This document shows, in pieces, positions 34,554-48,566 of a stretch of 64,000 nucleotides of DNA. Position numbers and translations under genes: made by a program. The first letter of the stretch is position 1, and every line of letters starts with the position of its first letter. Below the pieces are notes generated by a model. That model was not told where the DNA came from. It saw nothing but the letters and a program-made list of their open reading frames with translations, and made no database searches. The DNA is from Minutocellus sp. GHC0000111 (lineage: Eukaryota), in NCBI GenBank assembly GCA_977018835.1, contig OZ361257.1:1550001-1614000 (forward strand), written 5' to 3'.

Positions 34554-37500
34554 ATGTACAGGGCCATCACGTCGTCATCGGATACCTCGTGCAAACATGG
34601 AATCCCCGCACAGAAGGCGCTCATCTTTGACAAAGGAGATATCCTGGTCTGCAAGCATCCACCTCGTAGTGCCGAGCAGGGTTTCATCTTGGGATACCTC
34701 GAGGGCACCAGACACATGGGTTATGCAGCCGAGGGGCTGTTCCATCCGGATCAGGTAGTGATGATTGAAGATTCTGAATCATCGTCTGTTGGTGCTGGTG
34801 CTGCTGTTACTCGTGGCAGTTCTCACTCGGCATCAGCAGGCAGAGGTGCCAGTGACGCACGTCGAAGGGGAAATGACGGTTCGGCAGCGCCATCGCCAAG
34901 TCAAGGAGGAGGAGGAGGAGGAGGAGGAAGGCAGCAGCTCTACTTGGCCAAAACATCTTCAGCAGAATCCTGGTCCAAATACAAGATCCAGGATCCTCGC
35001 CTGCAATTTGTCGAGGGCGATTATTTGGTATCGGAACGCGTCAGCCGCACGACGGGCGAGCACTTCGGGTACGTTGTCGATACAAAATATCCCGCAAATG
35101 AAAAGAGACCACATCCAAGCAAATCGAAGGGATATTTCCATCCTGAGCAGGTTCAAATTGTGGACGATTCTTCCCCTTCCAATATTTGTGACAGTACTGT
35201 GCGTTCCAGTCCAGGTGAAAAGCATATCGATGCTACAGGAGCAGTAGGAGGAACCACAGGCGGCGGTAATTGTGCTCCAGACAAAGATGCCTTGCTCTCC
35301 CGTGAACTTTCATCAAAGAGAAGAAAGATCGGTAGAGAATCTACAAACAGTGACAGACAACTGAACAGTGCAAGTGTTGAGGCCAAACTCTCACAAAGTC
35401 TTTCAGCTAAGCGCGATGCTGGCAATGAGCAAGACAGGGAAATTTGTACGAGAACATGCACATCTCAAAAACTTTCGGCAAGCAAGAGACCGAGTGACCC
35501 TGGAACTATTTCTGGACCATTGAAAGAAAAAGATACGGAGACCAAGCTCTCGAGGGGGCTTTCTGCAAAGAGGATTAAGAGGAGTGATAGCGCCGCATCA
35601 TCTACTACCGGTAGCGAAAGCAACAATTCCGGCATTAATGCCAAGATATTGGGGAGTAGATTCCAGCCGCCTCAGGGAGAGCAGCCCCCGTCAAATGCTG
35701 CAAAAAGGAAAGTGGAGACAATCAAGCCAGATCAAGCCCGTGCAGCGGTCGCAAGAAAAGATAGTAGCAGATCTATTGGCAATGCGAAAGTTTCAGCAAA
35801 GAGCGACATGGACGAGGCTAAGGAAAAAAGTACTGCATCAGCTTCAAAGGGAGATGAAGGTCAGGGGAAATATCGTATTGATAAATCGAGCAATGATGAA
35901 AGCGCGGGTGTGCCAAGAACATCAAATGGCAAGGAGTCAGCTTTTCACGAAAATATTGGTGCAGCGATGCCAATCGAACCAATACACCAAGTTCTGAACG
36001 AAAGCTGATACAGCTGCTTCGGCAGCCGCAGCATCGGAAGGAAACAATGCTCTCGACGCCCATGACTTGGTGGCACTTCAATCGAAATCTCACGCGTCAA
36101 AGGAACCGTCATCTTCGGAATATGTGCAAGTTCCCACTACGATGGCGATGAAAAGTCGATTTCCGCCGGGATGTGTTGTGATACACACGTCTGACGACGG
36201 ATCTACGGACGCTTATACCATTTGTTCAGTTCATTTGAAGCTCAGTTCTGATAACTCGTTTCTGGCCGATCCAATTTTGATGTTTTGTTCAAAGTTGGAA
36301 CAGGTGAAAATGAAAAGATTCTTTCTGAAGAGAGTTTGGTTTACGCAAGAGATTGCCCTATATTCGTGAAATCTGATGCAGTGCCTCACGTCAAGAGCCA
36401 GAGTGGGTGGGTACCGGCAACCGTGAAATCGAGCATGAAGCTCCCCGGCGCACTAGAGGAAGACTACGTTGTCACCATTGCAAATGGCGGCACAGCGCAT
36501 GTGCCTCGCGATACTATCCATTATCGTGTTCCCACTCTGTTCGAAAACACTGGCGTGTCGACATTGACGACATTGATTGAGCACGCGAAACCACCACCAG
36601 TGGCGATTTCCGTTCCTGACCCCGCTCCTCCTGTCGCTGTTGTTGTGGCGCCCGCTCCAATGTCAACAACAGAGACGGCCTCTACTGAGTCGGTCACCGA
36701 GGATGCCTCAAAGGGCTCGTCGTCTCTTAAAAGAGCTCCGAAGAAGGTGGCAAATGCCTCTGATCCCTCTGCCATGATCGTGTGCCGCATCGATGTGCCC
36801 ATTCGAGTGGCTTTTGGTGCCGTCCAGAAGCTGCTGTCGCCCAAGATGGAGCCGATGAAGAAGAGGTTGACAATAGAAATGTTTGTTGTTGGTTCTGACA
36901 ATGCTCCTCCCATGGATGCGGGGATCGTGCGCTCATTCGGCGATATCTTTCCTCGACCTCTCCCCAGTGGTGTCTTTTCAACGTGCATTTTGATAAGCGG
37001 CCATGCAGAAAATACCGAGAAGGTGAGAAAAGCCGTAATCTTTTTCTTAAAAGAGGGTGTAAACGATGATGAATCTTTGGACAAAGATTTAGAGGCTGGG
37101 TGCAGTAAGGCCAGAGCAATCACGAACAGCGACATAGTGTCGAACAGTACTACCAAAGGCACTGATGCCGCTGCTGCTTCAGCGCATGTACCCTCGGTAC
37201 CCAAGTCGCGAGCTTCTGCCAAGCCTGCGGGGAAGCCTCCACTAGATCGCTTAGATTCAAGTAAGAGCGTGGCATCCAACACCCAGGCAGCTAAAGCCGA
37301 ACAAGTAATGATTCGATTTGAGGTCAAATTGAGTTCTCGAACGAAGCAAGTCGAGAGTCTCTTTGCGGGTGGTGCCAATCGTCTCGTCAACACTGTTGAG
37401 AAAGACACGAATTGTAAGATTTCAATGAGGGAGGGTAGTAGATACTACATCAAAGTGAGCGGTATCGAGGAAAATAGTGTAACTCTTGCTGCCATGGAGC

Positions 37501-39194
37501 TCTTTGACATTCTTCGCGAATCCGGTATCCCGAAGGACTACATTAAGCAAACTAGCGGTCCCAAAATACCAGATACACCAACGAACAAAATTCTCCTGCC
37601 TGGAAAGAAGTCCGAACCTATAATTCCTACCAAGGGTGCTGCTTCAGTGCCACTCAAAGAGACTTTAGCAGTACCGACAAAGTCAAGCCCACCAAAAGCA
37701 AAGGAGGATAGCGAGTCGTCCATTCCTGCGTCAAAGCTAAATCATAGTCCAGATCGTGCAAGTGGCGGTAGCGACAAAAAGTCGCTACCGTCAACGAAGC
37801 AATTTGTTCTGCCAAAATGGCTGAAATACGTAGACATGGATACCTTCTTCGAAAGCTCAAAGAAGGAAACCGAGTCGAAAATATTGTGCAGCATTCGTCT
37901 AGTCAATAGAATTGCGCCGATCAGGCTCGAGTTGTCTAACAACGACCCTGCAAAAGATGATTTTTGGAGCGAATGGTGTACTCTGACGGAAGCGATTGCG
38001 GAATGTTGCCTGGGTGAAAACGAAATGCCAATCTTTTTCTACGAATGTACGCGCCGAAATAGCGGTAAAATATTTTTGGACAAGCATCCCGTCTTGCAAT
38101 ACCACACAGGAAGCAAAACGGCAAGCAAAACGGATTCGGTGGTGCATGCTGTTGCGATACCATTGGACAACGAGCAGCACGCCGCGCATGTAATTGGCGT
38201 TGGAGGAATTAATACTCGGCGTATATTGAAATTGGGCTGCAAGTTCAAGGTTTACAATGTTTCTTTAGCCGGAAAGTATGCTTTCATCGAGAGCAGTAGC
38301 TCAAAAGACGGCGTCAAAAGGGCCAGAAAAATAGTAGAGCATTTGATCGAGGAGATGTCTCCTGGTGAAAAATTTGAGACGACGGCGACATCAAAAATGC
38401 GCACCGAGGCGAATGCAGAGTTTAGAATGCCCGTCTGGATCTCTTACGACGATGTAAGTGACTTTTTTGAAGGCCCTCAGGTCAAGAATTTTGAGCGCCA
38501 ATCTGGAGTAAGCATCAAGATCTCGGACAGACGATCTCCAATGAATATTGTATTGTCATCCTTTCTTTCAAAAGACTTTTGGAATGAATGGGAGTCGCTC
38601 ACTAGCGCTATTTCGTGGACGATTGATGAGGACATGAGACCAAGATTCCTCTACGATGTCATTATGTACAACTACAGTGGCAAAAAGGAGCGAAAGACCT
38701 CGCCTGTCTTTAATTGTCAGTCCCCATTTGATTCCGATGAAAGGCTACTCATGGCAGCGCTTCCCATTCCAACGAGGCCTCAGGGAAGCTATGTAGGATA
38801 TATTGTCGGTACCGGAGGAATGCAAAGAAAGCGCATTGGGAAGATTGATTGTACATTTGATGTGTACGAATTTCCTTCGAGGCAAGACCTTTCGTATGTA
38901 CTAGTGACAGGAGCGGTTCGCAGCAACGTGAAGACTGCTCGAGACATTGTGCAGGAAAGAATTGATGAATGTCGCGAACTGAGAAAAATCGAAATGGGAA
39001 ATGTGGAAGACGATGAAGACGAAGACGAAGACGAAGACGAGGAACCTCAGGTAATATACCAGCCTCCTTCTAATGATATGGAAGACGAGGATGAAGACGA
39101 TGAACCAGAGGTCGTCTTCCGATCTCAACGCCCTCAAGAAGGTAAGAGAACGATCCAAATTCTCAACGTAGGGGTCTTCATCGGCAATGACTGA
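34554..39194 (+). CDS. Large protein with two N-terminal SH3-like repeats and multiple KH domains; frameshifted at ~36000 and ~36285
   Basis: SH3-like LIFDKGDILV...GLFHPDQV and LQFVEGDYLV...GYFHPEQV; KH GxxG loops HVIGVGGINTRRI and YIVGTGGMQRKRI. A further exon may follow the donor at ~39141. Confidence 0.65.
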
Positions 39195-39646
39195 GCACAA
39201 GTCAAAAGGTGGCAGAGCAAATTCGGCAAGCGTGGCGTGAAACTTTCGGTTCGAGTCAGAGAAAGTAAAGCTGATGTGTCTGGTCCGGAGTATGAGCTTG
39301 ATTCGGTAGTTCGGGAGATCAATAGCTGGCAGCAGCGTTCGCAAAGACCGAGCACCCCGCCGAGGAGACAACCACGCCGAACCTCGGATGTCGTCTTTGG
39401 GGGTGTAGTGATGTAGTATTTTCTTCGTGTGTAGTCTCAAGCTAAGCCATAGGAAACATTTCACCTTAAGCCTTGCGCCCTTCCTTATTGAGTACTCTAT
39501 CTAGTAGCTAGCTGACAGTTAGCTAGCTCTAGCTAGGAATTATTATGCCTCTAAAGAGTCTAGCTAGCTACGGTAGCTAGGTACAGAGGCACGCGTTACA
39601 TACCTAGGTAGGAATTTCTACATAATGTTAATCTCCAATTCCCAAT

Positions 39647-41819
39647 TTACTTATCTTGCTCACATTTGTCGGCCTTAAGGGCGGCAATCCACTCCTTCTC
39701 CTTGTCTTTGGAAGACACACGGACCTGCATCTTTCGACTCGTCGTCTTGCCCATCATGAGTGATTGCTGAATCTTCTCGGTGATTTCAAATGAATAGGCA
39801 CCCTTGTCATTCTCCTTGAAAGCCACAGCACAATTGGCGAGAGCAAACGAATCGGATGGGTGGAGGAGTTTGTACCAGTCCTTTCGATGCTTCGCCATGT
39901 TAAGCGTCTTGACGGTGTCTTCTGTTGGGATGTCAACGGAAGGAACCAAAGCATGGAATGCCTCCTTCGCAGAACTGTGTGTCGTTGAAGACAAATCGAA
40001 GAGATGGAGGAAGGAATTCGCAGTTACGACGGCGAGGACGGTCCTCCATTGTTTCATCAAATATGGCGCATATTTGACTTCGAGCAGATCCACTTTGACA
40101 AGGATATCTGACAGAAGCGGCGATTGCAGATCGAAATCCCCCTGCGACTGATCAACGTTTTCGAGGCCGGAACCCAGTTTTTCCGCAATTCCTTCGGCAT
40201 CCTTCTCCTCCTGCTTAATGGCAGCTCGATTGCGAATGATGTCCTGCACCTCGGCCTCAATGTCGGCAGGGACACGAGGCTTTCCTTGCAGATCCTTTAT
40301 CAAGGGAGCTGAAATGGCTGGGAGACTCAACCACAGCTCATCCTGCTTCTCCAGGAACACACTAAGAAGCTCCCGCGTACGGAAGCGACGGCCACACTCC
40401 TCACGCTTGAGCGCCGTGAACACCTTGGTCATCTCTGCAGAACGTTTATTCCAGCACGCCGACAAATATGCCACCGCCATGCGATATTTCATCTCCAAAA
40501 TCCAGACATCTTCGCAATTCTTCACAAAGTCTTCATCACCCGCGGTAACTGTCTCGGCCATCTTGACCCCCCGCAAGCGATCTTTGCTCCTTACAAAGCT
40601 TTCGTCCTTCTCGGCAGCTTCGTGGTAAGATTCTTCGCAGTTATACCATATTGACACATACATGAAAAAAATCAGATAGATGAGTCGAGTTGGTACGCAA
40701 CGCAAATATGTAAAATGGGACTCTCCCATACAAGTATTCAAACTCACCCCAGGCATCCGCCACCTCCTTCTCGGCGGCCTCCATGTTGTCAACAATGGCA
40801 TCGCCAAGCTTCTCAAAAATGTCAACCTGCATCACGAGCGACTCTTTGATCTTGGCAATCTCTGGCACGGCATCTTCCTCAATAAACTTGGAAAATTGAA
40901 CAAACTTCTCCGACATGGCACTCTGCGACGCAAACAGAGAATCCAACACTCCGCCCGTATCAGAATTGTTCTCCCCCGCATCGGCAGAATCTTCCTTGTC
41001 GGCCTTCTCGGCAGCGTCGTCGTGATTATTCTCATCACCGCTGAGCACTTTCTTGCCCTTGCCAGCCGGCGATCGCAGTTCCTCCAACTTCTTCCTTCTG
41101 CGGGCATCCAGTACTGGCATACCACCATCATCCAACATATTATCCGCAGAAGCCTGGAGGAAGGTGGCATACCCATCGTTGAGGTGGACGAATCCCTTGA
41201 ACGTCTGCTCGGCCCGCACAGTCTCGGCGATGGAATCGTGGCACATGTCCCGCACCGACTGCCAGTAGATGCGAGACGACGACAGCTTGGTGGCATACGA
41301 CGCACGGCGGGTGGCCTCGTAGGCGCGCAGCTTGGCGTGGGAGGCAGCCCGAGTTTCGTCCGTGTGGGCAAACGATGAGGAGGGGGTGGAGGGAAGCGCA
41401 TCGGCGGAGGGATCCTCGGTGACGTCGCCATCGTCCTTTTCCTTGGTTTCCTTCGGGGCGGTGGGCGTCGACGGTGCCTCGGCCTCGGGAGTGTAATTGA
41501 CGGATCCAGATCCATGGAACGCCTCGGCAAAGGCAGCAGGTTCGACCAGATCGCTCTCCTTCTTGACGAACATGGATTTCACCTTGTCGGACAGTCCATC
41601 GACGCCACCGCTATTCTCCTCGACGTCCTTGGAAGGCTCCTGCTGCTCCTCGGCGGGAGCAGGTTCCTCCTTCTTATCGGCAATAGCGGCAGAGGCTTTT
41701 CCGTTCTCCTCGGACGAATCTTGAGGGGTCGTCGGCACATCAGCATCAGCCTCTCCCGACTCCTTCTCCTCCTCCACTTTGGACTCTTCCGTGGTCTTCA
41801 CCTCGGTGTCGTCGGTCAT
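39647..41819 (-). CDS. BAR-like coiled-coil plus C-terminal PH domain protein (Slm1-like architecture), 2 exons
   Basis: In-frame intron 40633-40747; PH features QWRTVLAVVTANSFLHLFD...FEIT...EKEWIAALK. Confidence 0.7.
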
Positions 41820-42197
41820 GTTTCTGCTCCGCTTCAAATAAGTAAGTAGTGGGCAGCAGGTAAGAGAGGCGAGGCGGTATCGGTCCGCCTAAAGCGTTCG
41901 AATTGTGAATGAGGGCGCGGCGGGCCATTGCTCGTATCGTGTGCTTCATTCATCAGTGCTGTGCTGTGGCTGGCGGCGCGATGCGGTACGTTTCTGTTAC
42001 ATTAAAATGACGTGTCGGGACCTTCCGCCCCGCTTCCGGGCCCTCGCCTCCATGATGAGCCGCGCCGCTCTCGTGCTATGCTGTGCGCGGCGTGGTTGTT
42101 CTCCCGTTCCAGCTTGACTTGACTAAACGGCGCCTCATCAGCAATACCAATTGGCAGCACTACGTGGTATCCACTCACTCATTAGCTAAAACAAGAA

Positions 42198-43688
42198 ATG
42201 ACCGGCGATCAGGGCACGATCGGCGGTGGCTCGTCCCTCCTGGGAGGGGGGGGCGGACTCAACCTCGGCGGTCTCGGCGGTGGCCAGCCGCAGCAGTTCG
42301 GCGGAGGCGGCACGTCCCTCCTCGGCGGTGGTCTGGGCGGTGCTCCCATCGGTGGTGGGGGGATGCTCATGGACGGCCTCGGCGGGCAGGCCCAGCCGGG
42401 CATGGTCGGTGGACTGCCCCAGCAGGTCGGACTTGGCGGCGCCAAGCAACCGCAGACCGAGGCGGAGAAGATTGAGGCCCTCATGCCCCTCATTGTCAAG
42501 CTTACCGACCCCGACCAGGTGCGTGGGAGTGTGTGTTCTGTGGTGCTGCGGGGCATTTTAGTGCCGGACAGCGGGGAAATGAAACATATCGGCCTCGTGC
42601 TAATGCTACGCACGTGGAATGCGTGTCGGAGCAGCAACTATCACCGCTCCCCATGCGAGTCGGCATGTTGGTCGGGCCTCTCGGCTACGTAGTATTGCCC
42701 CAATGCATCATGTACTTCATCTGATCGTCGACTCACTGTTCCATTGTTCATCCTTTTCTTTCTCACACATGGCATTGCACGCATGCGCACCCGTACCCTC
42801 CATCTCCAACAGCGCGAAAACGTCCTCCTGGAATTGTCGAAAAAGCGGGAAGACTGCGAAGACCTGGCCCCCGTCCTTTGGCATACCTTTGGCACCGTGG
42901 CCGGACTTCTCCAGGAGATCGTTTCCATCTACCCCCTCCTCTCTCCACCGACTCTGACGGCGCACGCCTCGAACCGCGTTTGCAACGCCCTGGCCCTGCT
43001 CCAATGCGTCGCCTCGCACAAGGACACCCGATCCCTCTTCCTCAGTGCCCACATCCCCCTCTACCTCTACCCCTTCCTCAACACCGATTCCAAATCCCGA
43101 CCCTTTGAGTATCTCCGCCTGACGTCCCTGGGTGTTATTGGGGCTCTGGTAAAGATGGACGATCCCGAGGTCATCAACTTCCTCCTCCAGACGGAGATAA
43201 TACCGCTGTGCTTGAGAATAATGGGTTCGGGATCCGAACTTAGCAAGACCGTTGCCACCTTTATTGTGCAGAAGATATTGTTGGACAACAGCGGCCTCGC
43301 TTATGTGTGCACCACATCCGATCGATTTTTCGCCGTCAGCAAGGTCATCAGCGACATGGTCAACAATCTTATCACGGCCCCCTCGGTCCGTCTTTTGAAG
43401 CACTGCGTCCGCTGCTACCTCCGCCTCACGGACAACCCCCGGGCGCGAGAGGCGTTGCGCGATGCCCTTCCTCAAAGTCTGCGCGACGAGACGTTCCTCC
43501 ACCTGCTGAGGGATGATTTGACCGTGCGCAAGTGGCTAACCCAGCTCCTTCAGGCGGTAAACAGCCCGACCACCGGTGTCACCCGTGCTACCGGTGGAAG
43601 CGACGTTTCAGGTCTGGGCGGAGGATCCAACGTCCTTGGCGGTCTCAACGTTGGCGGTGCAGGTGTAGGTCTCGGTGGTGGTGTGTAA
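42198..43688 (+). CDS. CNOT9: CCR4-NOT subunit 9 (Rcd1/Caf40), 2 exons
   Basis: [52 protein letters not shown] and [19 protein letters not shown]; intron 42519-42812. Confidence 0.97.
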
Positions 43689-43921
43689 TCAGGTGGAATT
43701 TCCTGGAATGTGGTCGCTTTTTAGAAGTCGATCGACAACGGGCAATTGGCGAGATGCATTGGCAAACGATTGCTTACAGGGTTTTCGCATAACATATGCA
43801 TTTGATCATCTTTTCTTTCTGGGTTTTCGCTAAATGATATAGGTAGTTAAAATTATTGAGGCGAATTGTAAATAAATATGAAACTATGACGTTTCAGCTA
43901 GACCAATAGCTCAAAATTAAC

Positions 43922-45999
43922 TTAGAAGTCCTCCGATGAATCAGAATCGGACGCATCCATGACAACTAGCTTCTTCTTTTTGGTAGCCTTCAGAGCGGGC
44001 CTCTTCTTGCCTCCACCACCCTGAACAGCAGGAGGCGCGGACCGGACTACCTTCACCTTTTCCTTCCGAGGCGAGGTACGAGTAGGCGTTTGAGGCCCCC
44101 TCTTCCGCTTGCCCCCGACATCATCGTTAGACGGAGCGCTATCAAAACTACTACTGCTTCCACCGCTCAACCTGGCGCGGGTGCGAGATGCTGGAGAATC
44201 AAAAAGTGAGTCGTCGTAGGCGTACCGAGACATTGCGGAATGATTCTTGGTCGGTGTCATCTTCGACGGTGATGATGGACCGTTTTGGATATTTTTGCCC
44301 TTCAGTGCACTTTCCCGCGCATCCAGATCTCTCTCCCGATCATCAAGTTGAAGTTCACGCTGGTCAAGAAGCAGTCGCTGCTGATGAAGAGAATCGCCTG
44401 CCGCGACATCAGTATCACTACCGCTTCCGCCACCTCCAAATCCAATCAATTTCTGCGCCACTGAGTGCCCAATACTTCTCAGGGATTGCTTCTCGGCCAT
44501 TTCTGCCTCAATCTTTCGCCGAATTGCCACCTCCATCTCCCGCTCCCTCCGAGCAAGCTCACGTTCCTTCTTCTGAAGCTGCTCCTTGTGTTTACGAAGC
44601 CTTTTGTTACGGGATTCATAATCCTCCTCCAGACTCTTGAGACGGCCCTCCCGTGCATCGAGCGATTTCTTGAGCTGCTTGCACTTGCCATCGATTTCCC
44701 AAGCTTCCGCATGCATCTGCTTGGCCTCCTGCATCCGTCCTCTCCACCTTTCGAGTTTGGAATTCTTCTTCTCGAGCTCAGTTGCGAGTTTTTCGATCCG
44801 TTCGCTGAGCATCTTTTCCTTCTTCTCGAAGCCGATCTTCTCCTCGGCTCTTTCCCGGTTGACCTGAGCGAACTTTTTGTCGAATTCCTTCGACAAGTTG
44901 TCGTAACCAATCTGATACTGCCGGATCTTGGCCTCGTGCCGTTCCTTGTTTTTAGTATGCTTTCGCTGCCACTTCTGTTGGATGGACTTTTCTCAGCATC
45001 GTGCTCTTCTTGCTTTCGGCGGACTTGCTCGTTGAGCTGATCGAAAAGGCCCTGGATGTGGGCTACATCGGCCGGGGTCCCGGGGTCTGGCGCGGATTCA
45101 TTGCCCGGCGTTCCGGCGGCACACGGTGTGCTTGCCACGCTGTTCAGACTGATGCCGCTATCTGGCATCGGTTGGTGTCCCCTCTTGACCTTGTTCGCTG
45201 GCGTTGCTGTGATATCCTTGGTGGTGGCAATTTCTTCATCGTCAAAACCAACGCTCAGCTTCCTGCGTTTCTTGGCTGCAGACTCCTGTGGATGAGGCGA
45301 ATGAGCTACAGCACCAGGTGGGACCGAAGAAGGAGGAGCCTTCTCGCATTCGATGACCCTCGACCCAACAATCCGCCGCTTCGACTTATTGGGCCGGGAG
45401 GTCTTCTTCTTCTTTGGCGGCTCCTTCTGTTGTTGTTGCTGCTGGCCAGAGTTGGTACGAGTAGCCTTATCACCACCACCATCATCCCCGCTGGCATTCG
45501 TGGCATCGATTGCTGCAACATCTTTGGAATACACCCAAGTGTCGGCGTCGCTGCCTTTCTTTGCCAACTCATTTCCATCCTCCTTACGTGCACCCTCCTT
45601 GCCATTGGTGGTCCCTCCATCATCTTTTGCCATTACAGCTGCGAGAGCATCGGTAACCTGCTTGTCATCGGCTCCACTCTCCTTGCCTTTTTCGGCACCC
45701 TCGTCACCGCTGGACACGGGAGCAGAGCCCGTATCTTCATCGGCACTGGCACTGGCACTTGCCCCACTCTTGCGAACCTTGCGCCTCCGTCTCCGGGAAC
45801 TGGGCCTGGACGTGTTGGTGTTGATGGCGGCCGCTTCTACTGCCTCCTCCTTCTCCTGCTGAGTAGCGGGAGTGGTAGTACTACTGCCAATATCTTGACC
45901 GCTGGAGCCATCCTTGGGAGTCTGTGCAGATACGAACGTCCCATCATGTGCTGCTGGTTCATCGTCATTTGCAGCCTCCACGTTGGTAAGGGCATGCAT
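43922..45999 (-). CDS. Disordered plus coiled-coil nuclear-type protein; frameshift at ~44985
   Basis: ORFs 44479..45999 and 43922..44896 join through IQQKWQRKH...YDNLSKEF. Long heptad region and basic NLS-like clusters. Confidence 0.6.
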
Positions 46000-46071
46000 A
46001 CATCAACATGGCCTCTGAGCCTATCATACTCGTCAAATTCGATTCTCCTTGAAGTTGTGGGACGTCATGCA

Positions 46072-46834
46072 TATGTTAGTCCCAAAATGCGCACTGTCCC
46101 AGTTCGCGAACTGGGATCCCAGTTTGCGAACTGAGATTCATTTATCCCAGTTTGGAAACTGGGGGGATCACAGGCACAATCTCAGTTTGCAAACTGGGAT
46201 CAATCGAGAAGTAATGAATATTTAGCAAGGATGATATCGCCTTTGCTTCTCCTCGCTTCATTTTTTCATAGTGAAGCAACACAGCCCAAACCTGGTCCAG
46301 ACGTCCAGACGACATTAGTGCCGGAGCTGACACTCAATAAATTGGCATTAGCTGACACTAAATACACATAGTGAATAAATAATAATATCTAGCTAGCTGC
46401 TTCTGGCAAATATAAGTCATGAACTGTACATGCATCTGTGCTATGCCGGCATCATGTTGCTACTGTGCCAGCACATGTAGCTTGCAAATTCAAGATATGA
46501 TGCACAGTGCAACTTGTATTGTAGATAGATCTACCACCAGTGCATAGTCATTGTGCATGAGCCAACACCGGCAGTTACCATTCTGACACTTGCCGAGAAT
46601 GCCAGTTTCCAAACTGGTATTCATTTTTGTTCCAGTTCGCGAACTCGTCTGGTTCCCTAATTCGGATTGGCGTGTTTATCTCAGTTTCCATTCTGGTAGT
46701 ATCAGTGCGCAAACTGAGATCCTAGTTTGGGAACTGGGGCCCAGTGCGCAAACTGGGACAAATGAATCTCAGTTCGCAAACTGGGATCCCAGTTCGCGAA
46801 CTGGGACAGTGCGCATTTTGGGACTACTAACATA
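46072..46834. mobile_element. MITE / non-autonomous TIR DNA transposon (~760 bp)
   Basis: ~67-bp terminal inverted repeats (tagtcccaaaatgcgcactgtcccagttcgcgaactgggatcccagtttgcgaactgagattcattt at 46077-46143, reverse complement at 46760-46826). Many subterminal cagttNNNNaactg palindromes; non-coding, CpG-poor interior. Confidence 0.92.
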
Positions 46835-47217
46835 CATATATTATAAACATAATAAAATTACGTAGGATTCCTATCATAGAGAGAATTTGTACCCTTGCCC
46901 TCCCCGTAAGCAAATGGGATCGGGTCGTGGTGTGATGTGCGATGTGCGTGCGTGCTGCTGCTGCACGTGGACTGCGTGCGTGCTGCCTGCTGCGCTGTTG
47001 GTCAAAATCCAAAAGCACTACAGTAATACAGAAGCACTAGATCCAGCTCACGTTCAAGCACCGGCGCGCGGCCGAAGACGTGGCATTTGTGGCATGTATG
47101 TATCGCAATATCGCAATTGGATAAGCAACCGCATTCCAGGGCTCCCTCCACAACTGCAATCCCTCTCAGCTAGCTATTTGATAGAGCGAAGGGTGTTGCG
47201 CAGTCACCCCGGATAAA

Positions 47218-48402
47218 ATGCCGTCAGCGCATCGGCTGGTCACAACGGTTGCGTGTTGTGGGTGCTTCACTGTCCCGCAGCTCGCAACATCTTTCTCACC
47301 ATCAGCATCATTTTGTGCAAGGGGCCCGACCACTATACCGTCCTCCACGCAGCTGCATACGTCAAACATGGGTGGTAGTCGACGTGGGTCTGCTCGGGGA
47401 GAATCGATGGTTGCCAAGGAGCAGGAGAAACGAAAGATTGAAAGCGTGAGTGGAGCCGCCTGCAGCATAGCAGCGAGGATAGCATGCATTATGGCCAGCA
47501 CAAGCCGCTTATTCTGGCTTGACATGGATTAGATTTACTCGCACTGGTATAATTATTCTCTTTTTCCAACCTCACTACTTATGCAATCATCATATTTCTC
47601 CTAAAGATTGAGGCAAGAAGAAAGAAGAAATTGGTGGACGAGGATTCTTCTGTGGAGAATGATGGCGCAGGATCGGCATCAATAAATGCTGGAGAGTGCA
47701 CCATAATTGATGATGAGCTGGAAGAGGAGTTGAAGAAACTTGGTGATCTGGAGCCGCTGGAAAGACAGCTGATTCGACTGGAGGGATTGGAACCCTACGT
47801 CCTTGTTAGCGTCCTGACGGCGACGGCGTCGTACTCAACCATTACATCGGAGGAATTCATTGTTGATGGCGTCGTTGATTGGACCGGAGCTGGGTTGCTG
47901 GCATCGGCACTCGGATCCACCCTCTGTGGTTTATACTCGACCATCATATTTTCTCTATCGATTTTGTACGGCAAGACCGCATTAGGTGAGTTGAACCCGA
48001 ATTGTTTGTTGGCATACACGCACAATGTAACAAGGCTCTTGATGACATTTCCTGGAATCGAATCAAATCAAATCAAGCACAAATTCTCACTTCCGAAATA
48101 ATTGTATGGCATGATACATTTCTTCTTCAGGAATGGATCGGGAGGCAACATACTTCTACTTTCTCGATAAGACCGCCGCGAAACGATTTCGTGGATTCCA
48201 GGCCTACTCCTTGTCGCTGCTCCTTTTCTGCACATCCATTCTTCTGCTCTCGATTGACAAGTTGCCAGAGGAAATTCGTATACCTGCCTGCATAGTATCA
48301 TCTGCATTTGTCTTCTTTGGTTTCAGCGAGTGGAGCGATATTACAGATGCAGCCCAACCAATCTTTACAAATGTAATACCAGCCGATGATGATGAGGAGT
48401 AG
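47218..48402 (+). CDS. Probable plastid-targeted multi-pass membrane protein, 3 exons
   Basis: Presequence ...LATSFSPSASF; introns at ~47446-47608 and ~47987-48131; about 4 hydrophobic segments. Confidence 0.65.
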
Positions 48403-48566
48403 TTCTAAAGAGAGGTGAAATGAGCCCGCCATTCGGAACTTTGACGAATCCTTTTCAGTAAAGAGGTGGCGACTTACATTACAAAGTGATTCAACTAATT
48501 TGAATAAAGTTATTCAATTTAATGAAAAGAATTATTTTGGCGGCTTCTTTGGCTCAATGTACAGTC

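Noticed and set aside
45001..46134. Long antisense ORFs (45001..46134, 36521..37408, 40680..41378, 42717..43502 and others)
   Set aside because: They are shadow frames of real GC-rich genes on the opposite strand, with no recognisable motifs.
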